A DNA stretch of 44,017 nucleotides from Candidatus Limnocylindrales bacterium (GTDB lineage: Bacteria; Moduliflexota; Moduliflexia; Moduliflexales; JAUQPW01): positions 1 through 44,017 of the forward strand of contig DATMBG010000013.1 in NCBI GenBank assembly GCA_035559535.1, written 5' to 3'. The position numbers were made by a program, and so were the translations under genes. The notes beneath the pieces are model-generated. The model was not told the origin of the DNA and did not search any database. It saw only the letters and a list, made by a program, of their open reading frames with translations. Positions 36,837 to 44,017 of this stretch are shown piece by piece; within the stretch, counting starts at the first letter, position 1, and each line of letters starts with the position of its first letter.

Positions 36837-37793
36837 TTACTCTATTTGCTCTTTTAAAGAATGGACCTGTGTCAGGCCGGCCTTTGTCTTCGGTCGAGCC
36901 AGGGAGACTATTATAGAAATGACCAAAATACCGGCTACCACCCCCAGGGAAACCCCTATGGGAATCTTGTAAATATCCGTCAAGGTCATCTTAGCTCCTA
37001 CAAAGACTAAAACCGCTGCTAGTCCAAATTTGAGATAGTGGAAGTATTCCATTATACCCGCCAATGCAAAGTAGAGCGCACGCAATCCTAGAATGGCAAA
37101 TACATTGGAAGTATAAACAATAAAGGGATCGGTTGTTATAGCAAATATGGCCGGAATTGAATCAACGGCAAAGATCAAATCGGTGGTTTCGACCACCAGG
37201 AGTACTATTAAGAGGGGAGTAGCCCAGCGCTGACCGTTTAGTTTAATCAAGAATTTATCCTCATGATAATCCCCGGTTACAGGGATAAATTTCTTGAAAA
37301 GTCGAACCACGGGGTTTTTCTCGGGATGTACCTCAGTCTCTTCCTTAAGGGCCATCTTAATCCCAGTTAAGATCAAAAACCCTCCAAATACGTAAATGAT
37401 CCAATGGAATTTCTGAATCAAGGCGGCTCCGACCGCAATCATAACTGCACGCATGATCAATGCGCTCAGAATGCCCCAAAACAAAACTTTGTGTTGATAC
37501 TTTGAGGAGACATTGAAATAAGAAAATATTAAAAGAAATACAAAGATGTTATCAACACTGAGGGATTTTTCAATGAGATAACCCGTCAAAAATGCAAGGG
37601 CTGCTTCTGAGCCGCGCCAGTAGTAAACCCCCACATTAAAGAGAAGGGCCATAACGATCCAGATCCCACTCCAAATAAGTGCTTCTTTAACCCTGACTAT
37701 ATGAGCCTTACGATGAAAAACTCCCAAATCCAGGGCTAACATTCCAATCACGAATATATTAAAGCCTAACCACAACAGAACCTGATCTAACAT
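36837..37793 (-). CDS. terC: TerC/Alx family membrane protein
   Basis: EKSLSVDNIFVF, DLIFAVDSIPA, SNVFAILGLR. Confidence 0.93.
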   Translation of the reverse strand: MLDQVLLWLGFNIFVIGMLALDLGVFHRKAHIVRVKEALIWSGIWIVMALLFNVGVYYWRGSEAALAFLTGYLIEKSLSVDNIFVFLLIFSYFNVSSKYQHKVLFWGILSALIMRAVMIAVGAALIQKFHWIIYVFGGFLILTGIKMALKEETEVHPEKNPVVRLFKKFIPVTGDYHEDKFLIKLNGQRWATPLLIVLLVVETTDLIFAVDSIPAIFAITTDPFIVYTSNVFAILGLRALYFALAGIMEYFHYLKFGLAAVLVFVGAKMTLTDIYKIPIGVSLGVVAGILVISIIVSLARPKTKAGLTQVHSLKEQIE

Positions 37794-37917
37794 GGAGTCA
37801 CCTTTTTTATTTTTTATTCCTGGGAATAACTTAAAAAATATTAAAGCTTAGCCACAACAGAACCTGATCCGACGTGGAGTCACCTTTTTTATTTTTTATT
37901 CCTGGGAATAACTTAAA
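37756..37917. repeat. 80-bp tandem duplication of the terC start region
   Basis: 37756-37835 versus 37838-37917, 5 mismatches. Confidence 0.9.
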
Positions 37918-38065
37918 TTTACGGATAATAAAATTAGAGCGGGGTGATATGCTCCCGCACTTTAACCATTGTACCGTGCTTTGTAAAGCTAATTGGGCAT
38001 GGATTCTCTTTTTCTCTTCAAGCCTCATAGGCACCAGAATAAGAAGGTTAATTCAAGCCTCGCGA

Positions 38066-38103
38066 CCTGTTTAACAGGACGCGGCTACGGAGCTTGAAAA
38101 AAC
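38066..38103. repeat. Partial copy of the 101/16042 element
   Basis: CCTGTTTAACAGG...CGGAGCTTGAAAAAAC. Confidence 0.5.
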
Positions 38104-38263
38104 AGGGAAGCGAGGTGGCGAGATACTCGCATTCCCCGGTCAAGCTTTTCCACCTTATCCTGGTGCCTATACCTCCAGCCTCTCTTCCAAAGCTTCCGGA
38201 GAAGAATAGAGGTGAGGATAAAATGGTTCTTTACATTATAACTTTACAAAGCAACCGGATTAT

Positions 38264-39127
38264 CTAAATAAAGCTTCCTTCTCGTGCCATAGCCTCCAAT
38301 CTGGCGATACGATCCTCAATGGGGGGATGGGTACTGAAGAGCTTTAGGAAACTCTCTCCCCGTAAAGGATTTACAATAAACAAGTGGGCCGTTCCGGGAT
38401 TAGCGGCCATAGGGATTTGAGATACCCCCCGTTCTATCTTTCTTAAGGCACTGGCCAGGTATAAGGGGTTCCCACAGAATTTAGCTCCCCCTTCATCGGC
38501 CAAATATTCCCGTGATCGAGAAATGGCCATCTGGATAATCATGGCGGCAATGGGAGCTACAATCATCAGGATTAGATTTCCCAGGAAACCCATTCCTCCT
38601 CCCTCTTCTTCCTCATCCTGACCGCCCCCAAAGATCAGGGTCCACTGGGCCATATTTGCCAGCATGCTAATGGCTCCGGCTATTGTCGCTGCAATGGTGG
38701 AAATCAAGGTATCACGATGCCATACATGGGCAAGTTCATGCCCTATTACACCCGATAATTCTTCCCGGTTAAGCAATCTCATAATTCCACGGGTGACGGC
38801 TACGGCTGCATGCTCTGGGTTTCGACCGGTTGCGAAGGCATTGGGAGTTTCCTCATCGATGATATAGAGTTTCGGTATGGGCATACCGACTTTCATACAG
38901 AGTTCCTGTACAATACGATAAAGTTCCGGAGCTTGTTCGGGAGTTACCTCATGAGCCCCATACATGGATAAAACAATTTTATCGCTGAACCAGTAAGCTC
39001 CCAGGTTCATCATACTGGCAATGATAAACGCGAGAATCATCCCTTGGTTTCCACCCAAGAGGTTTCCAATGAAGATAAATAGTAAGGTCAATCCAACCAG
39101 AAAGAGAGTCGTTTTAAACCGGTTCAT
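38264..39127 (-). CDS. htpX: Zinc metalloprotease HtpX (M48)
   Basis: [30 protein letters not shown]. Confidence 0.96.
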   Translation of the reverse strand: MNRFKTTLFLVGLTLLFIFIGNLLGGNQGMILAFIIASMMNLGAYWFSDKIVLSMYGAHEVTPEQAPELYRIVQELCMKVGMPIPKLYIIDEETPNAFATGRNPEHAAVAVTRGIMRLLNREELSGVIGHELAHVWHRDTLISTIAATIAGAISMLANMAQWTLIFGGGQDEEEEGGGMGFLGNLILMIVAPIAAMIIQMAISRSREYLADEGGAKFCGNPLYLASALRKIERGVSQIPMAANPGTAHLFIVNPLRGESFLKLFSTHPPIEDRIARLEAMAREGSFI

Positions 39128-39341
39128 AGTTTTTACTCCTGATCCGATATCTAATCCTGTAAAAGGTTGTTTAACTTACTTTTCGATTCCTTGCTTCTTA
39201 TTACCTCAAATTACCTCAAAAGAAACTGTACAGATGTCGTCACCTTATTCCCTTTTACAGGCCAGATACGGCGGAGTCCAGGATAAAATCAAAGGGATAC
39301 CATTTAAGCCTTTACGTTGGGTTTACAAAACGCAGGGGTTT

Positions 39342-39779
39342 TTAGGCGAGATAAAGAAGGGGGGTTATTTCGTCGGTATTTTCAGGAGTTGGGATCTTCC
39401 TTGTTTCAGATCCCAGGCTGACAGGAAGGCGGTAAAAATCGGTTTGGCCCAGGTGAGAAAAACTTTGAGCAGAAGATCGCATCAGGACCATCTGAGTGAT
39501 AACAACAGGAGGGTGGTCTCGGGAGATAAAACGAAATTTTAACAAGGGGATCCGAACAGTTCGGTTTCTTAAAGACAGGTGAGGCGAAGATTGAAAAGCT
39601 TCTTTTTTCTGCAAATCTGAATCTATTTTTTGAGCGCTCCAGGATAAGATAGAATCTGGATAAGCTAAAAGATAAAGCGTATTTTCTCCGTCTGCCTGAT
39701 CCCCTTGCAAACCCCAGGCAAAGAAGATTACCGTAATGAGTAAGTAAGCAGTGAAGGAATTTAAAATCGAATTTCCCAT
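39342..39779 (-). CDS. Hypothetical protein with N-terminal hydrophobic segment
   Basis: Longest ORF co-oriented with both neighbours; no recognisable motif. Confidence 0.35.
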   Translation of the reverse strand: MGNSILNSFTAYLLITVIFFAWGLQGDQADGENTLYLLAYPDSILSWSAQKIDSDLQKKEAFQSSPHLSLRNRTVRIPLLKFRFISRDHPPVVITQMVLMRSSAQSFSHLGQTDFYRLPVSLGSETRKIPTPENTDEITPLLYLA

Positions 39780-39964
39780 TTCAAATATTTCGTTTAAACT
39801 TCTGAATTCATCAGGGTAGCTGTATCATAAATACTACCTGTAGCCAAAAACGTCAAGGGGAGTTTCTGGATGTTAAAACTCGTAGGGCTTCTCCTAAATC
39901 TGCCCGGTTAGTTTTAATTTAAGTTCTTTGAGGGACCAGAAGATTCCTGAATCTGGTTAAAGGC

Positions 39965-40990
39965 TCAATCTTCCTCACCGGCAAGTTTTCTAAGTTTATC
40001 AACCTGTTCTGGCTCTCCCATAACAATAAGAATATCCCCCTTTTGGATATGGGTAGAGGGTTTAGGGTTGTAGGTATATTTACCCTCCTGCCGATTTTTT
40101 ATGGCTATTACGATCAACCCGGTCTTTTGAGGGATCTGGGCTTCTCCCAATGTTTTTCCCGAAAGTGAGGAATGGGGAGGGACTTCAATTTCCTCCACAC
40201 GCAGGGTACCATCCCCTTCTCGTAACATAGTATCTAGAAAGTCAACTACTGCAGGCCTGATAAGGAGGGAGGCCATCCGGAGACCTCCTATAAAATTCGG
40301 AGAAACCACACTATGGGCACCGGCAGCTAATAATTTTTTCTCTGACTCCTCCTCAACTACTCGGGATACAATTTTTAAGTGGGGGTTTAAGGCCCGGGCA
40401 GTTAACACCACAAAAACATTGTCCTTGTCTGTAGGGAGGGCACTGACTAAACCCCTGGCTCTTTCTATACCGGCCTCTAATAAAACCGCGTCTTTGGTGG
40501 CGTCCCCTTCGATATATTGAAGGACCCCTTGATTTTTTAGCATCTCCAGGGTTGTATGATCTTTCTCTATTACTACAAAAGGGATTTTTGTCTTCAAGAA
40601 CTCCTCCACAATCCATCGTCCGGTATCTCCTGCTCCACAGATAATAAAATGGTTGGATAATTTTTGGATTTGCTTTTGCATTTTCCTCCTCTTCATTAAA
40701 CGACCTAATTCCCCATCGACAATAAACGCTGCAAATACGCTCATTCCGTATCCAATAATACCGATACCGCTTAAAATAAGGCCCATGGTAAAAATTCTAC
40801 CCCGGGAAGAAAGAGGGTGGATTTCCCCATAACCCACGGTAGCCAGGGTGATAACGGTCATATAAATAGCATCCAATAACGACCATCCTTCAAGGGTGGT
40901 ATATCCCAGAATGCCGCCACAGATTACAATCAGGATAAGAATGAGGGCCGTTAACATTTTCCTGCGGTAAATCGATGGATATACGGGCAT
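39965..40990 (-). CDS. Potassium channel with RCK (TrkA-N/TrkA-C) domains
   Basis: Filter TVGYGE between two TM helices; ICGAGDTG; GDAT. Confidence 0.93.
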   Translation of the reverse strand: MPVYPSIYRRKMLTALILILIVICGGILGYTTLEGWSLLDAIYMTVITLATVGYGEIHPLSSRGRIFTMGLILSGIGIIGYGMSVFAAFIVDGELGRLMKRRKMQKQIQKLSNHFIICGAGDTGRWIVEEFLKTKIPFVVIEKDHTTLEMLKNQGVLQYIEGDATKDAVLLEAGIERARGLVSALPTDKDNVFVVLTARALNPHLKIVSRVVEEESEKKLLAAGAHSVVSPNFIGGLRMASLLIRPAVVDFLDTMLREGDGTLRVEEIEVPPHSSLSGKTLGEAQIPQKTGLIVIAIKNRQEGKYTYNPKPSTHIQKGDILIVMGEPEQVDKLRKLAGEED

Positions 40991-41151
40991 GTCTTTCGTC
41001 CTTCAAGGAATAATTCGCTAAAATTTAGTTAGAAATTTATAAATTAATTATTATATTAGTATTTGAGAAAAATCGGTTTAAACTTTAACTTAGATTGCAT
41101 GAACCTTATTGGCAAGTCAATTAAATTTTCTATGATGAGGAGGTTGTTAGT

Positions 41152-41760
41152 ATGAATGTGCGTTTTTCAAGTAAAGTTCTAGGGAGCTTAGTAGTGTTAT
41201 TGTTATTTTTACAGATCACGGGCTGTGCAAAGAAAACCAAGCCGATTCCTTCCTCGGCTCCTACCGGGAATCAAATTGTAGCACCTCCGGTCACCAATCC
41301 CGAGACTACTCCGGCCCAGAACCCTTCATCGATTACGGATAAAAACATATCTGAAACGGCAAAGCCTAAACGTCCCACCGGAGAATATGTGGATGCTTCG
41401 AGCGTATTAAAGGATGTCTTTTTTGATTTTGATAAATCTGATCTAAAACCGGAGGCCCGAAGAGCTTTGGAAGAGAATGCTGCCTGGCTTAAAAAGAATC
41501 CCCAGGTTCAGATTCTCATCGAAGGTCATTGCGATGAAAGGGGAACGGTAGAGTATAATGAAGCCCTTGGGGAGCGAAGGGCCTTAAGTGTAAAGAGTTA
41601 TTTGATAAACCTTGGAATAAGCGCCGATAGAATCTCGACGATCAGTTATGGGGAACTAAAACCCTTTGATCCGGGGCATAATGAAGAGGCCTGGGCCAAG
41701 AATCGACGAGCACACTTCAAAATTTCAACCGAGAGGGTTTCTCAGGGACCTTCCCAGTAA
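41152..41760 (+). CDS. pal: Peptidoglycan-associated lipoprotein
   Basis: Lipobox [32 protein letters not shown]. Confidence 0.95.
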   Translation: MNVRFSSKVLGSLVVLLLFLQITGCAKKTKPIPSSAPTGNQIVAPPVTNPETTPAQNPSSITDKNISETAKPKRPTGEYVDASSVLKDVFFDFDKSDLKPEARRALEENAAWLKKNPQVQILIEGHCDERGTVEYNEALGERRALSVKSYLINLGISADRISTISYGELKPFDPGHNEEAWAKNRRAHFKISTERVSQGPSQ

Positions 41761-41901
41761 GAAACCCTTGAGCCAGTTACCAGAGCTTACCTTCTTGGTA
41801 AAGCCTGAGAAATTATTCTTAGTATTTTTAAGGCGATGATGAAGGGCCTGTTCCTCCAATAAGCTTAGAACAGGCTCTAGGCCCGTCAAAAAAAGATCCT
41901 T

Positions 41902-42639
41902 CTACTTTTTTCCAAATAATTTCACCAAAATCACACTGATCTCATACAGTACCAGAAGGGGGACCATCATGAGACTCATATTGAAAATATCCGGAGTAGG
42001 AGTTAAGACGGCTGAGGTGATGGCGATGATGAGGATGGCGTATTTTCGCCCCCAGGTCAAATGATGGGTCTGAACGACTCCTATACGCCCCAATAATAAC
42101 ATCACCAAAGGAAGCTCAAAAACCATCCCAAAGGCGAAGGTCAACCAAAAAACAAAGGAAACGTAATTTTCTATGGAGAGATAGGGATCGATTTGGCTGG
42201 TTCCATAGCTGATTAAGAATTGAATTCCAAAGGGAAGTACAAAAAAATAACAGAGGGTGCATCCCGTGAGAAAAAGAATCACGGCACTAACTACCACAGG
42301 TAGGGTGTAGGTCTTACTTTCCGGGATAAAAAAAGGGGAAATTCCCTGCCACAGGTAGTAAAAAATGAGGGGGGAAATCATAAACAGGCTGGATAAAAAA
42401 GCCACTTTAAGGTAGGAGATAAAAGCTTCGCCGGGGCTATAAAAAACTAAAGGAGCCGTTGTAATCGATTTACCAACAATTTTGATGATGCGTTCTGTAT
42501 AAAAGAAATTAATAACGGTTAGAAGTCCTGAAGCAAGCGCAATTCGTTTAAGAGAGCTCCGTAAATTCTCGATTTTCTGGGTTAGATTTTGCCCGCGTAC
42601 TTCCTTGAGTAATTCCTCAGCCTTCATAGGATGGAGCAA
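41902..42639 (-). CDS. tatC: Twin-arginine translocase subunit TatC
   Basis: SPGEAF..YLKV, FGMVFELP, LTPTPD, LYEIS. Confidence 0.92.
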   Translation of the reverse strand: MLHPMKAEELLKEVRGQNLTQKIENLRSSLKRIALASGLLTVINFFYTERIIKIVGKSITTAPLVFYSPGEAFISYLKVAFLSSLFMISPLIFYYLWQGISPFFIPESKTYTLPVVVSAVILFLTGCTLCYFFVLPFGIQFLISYGTSQIDPYLSIENYVSFVFWLTFAFGMVFELPLVMLLLGRIGVVQTHHLTWGRKYAILIIAITSAVLTPTPDIFNMSLMMVPLLVLYEISVILVKLFGKK

Positions 42640-42745
42640 AACTTTTCTTTTGGTGGAGATTTATCCCGGCAAAGGGAGGAACCTCCTCCAGGGTTCCTCA
42701 AGAACACATAGTGAATCGGGGTACCGGTTATCACGTCTAGAAAAA

Positions 42746-43815
<1,070 letters not shown>

Positions 43816-43874
43816 TTTATTAGAAAAGAATAAGTAAAGAAGTAAGCAATAAGCAAATAGTAAGAGAAAAATTA

Positions 43875-44017
43875 CAGTCAAGTCTCACGACCGATTAGGA
43901 TCGGTGGGCTCAACCGGTTACCCGGCTTACACCTCCGACCTATCTACCTGGTCTTCTTCCAGGGGTCTTCAGAATCCTTGCGGATTGGGAGATCTCATCT
44001 TGAGGCGGGCTTCCCGC
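43875..44017 (-). rRNA. rrl: 23S rRNA, 3' end (truncated by the window edge)
   Basis: Plus strand GTCAAG...ATTAG...GCTCAAC...GCTTACAC...CCTATC...GGGAGATCTCATCTTGAGGCGGGCTTCCCGC matches the antisense of the bacterial 23S 3' terminus. Confidence 0.92.

Noticed and set aside
37920..38260. yybP-ykoY (Mn2+) riboswitch expected upstream of terC/alx
   Set aside because: I could not find the GGGGAGUA...GAGACC core by eye; an Infernal search would be needed.
43875..44017. RNase P RNA or 5S rRNA
   Set aside because: The sequence fits the antisense of the 23S 3' end instead.

Overview
A 44-kb window from a diderm bacterium (pal, mreB, tatC; taxon not assignable from the sequence alone). It carries a sugar ABC cluster with a TIM-barrel glycoside-hydrolase-like gene, a secreted ankyrin protein, ppdK, a monocistronic rplC, moaB-dcd-plsC-moaD-moaE-pepA, a peptide ABC cluster, stress genes (zf-TFIIB, terC, htpX, K+ channel), pal, tatC, mreB and the 3' end of a 23S rRNA with no 5S behind it. 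The best candidate for an undescribed system is 22.7-28.4 kb: an ECF sigma factor, a soluble zinc-binding anti-sigma factor and a 1399-aa protein fusing a Lon-type Ser-Lys protease domain to a STAND (NLR-like) NTPase and a helical C-terminus. This suggests a sensor-triggered proteolytic sigma-release circuit, analogous to CalpL/T/S but without CRISPR. Other highlights: a MITE family (one copy with a perfect 9-bp TSD) whose three copies all sit 16-19 bp upstream of a TTGACA box; a covarying leader hairpin shared by a Trp-less carD-like gene and an RRM gene; decayed khpA and hybrid-kinase genes; and several inverted arrays of 7-9-mer repeats. All calls are by eye from motifs; no searches were run.
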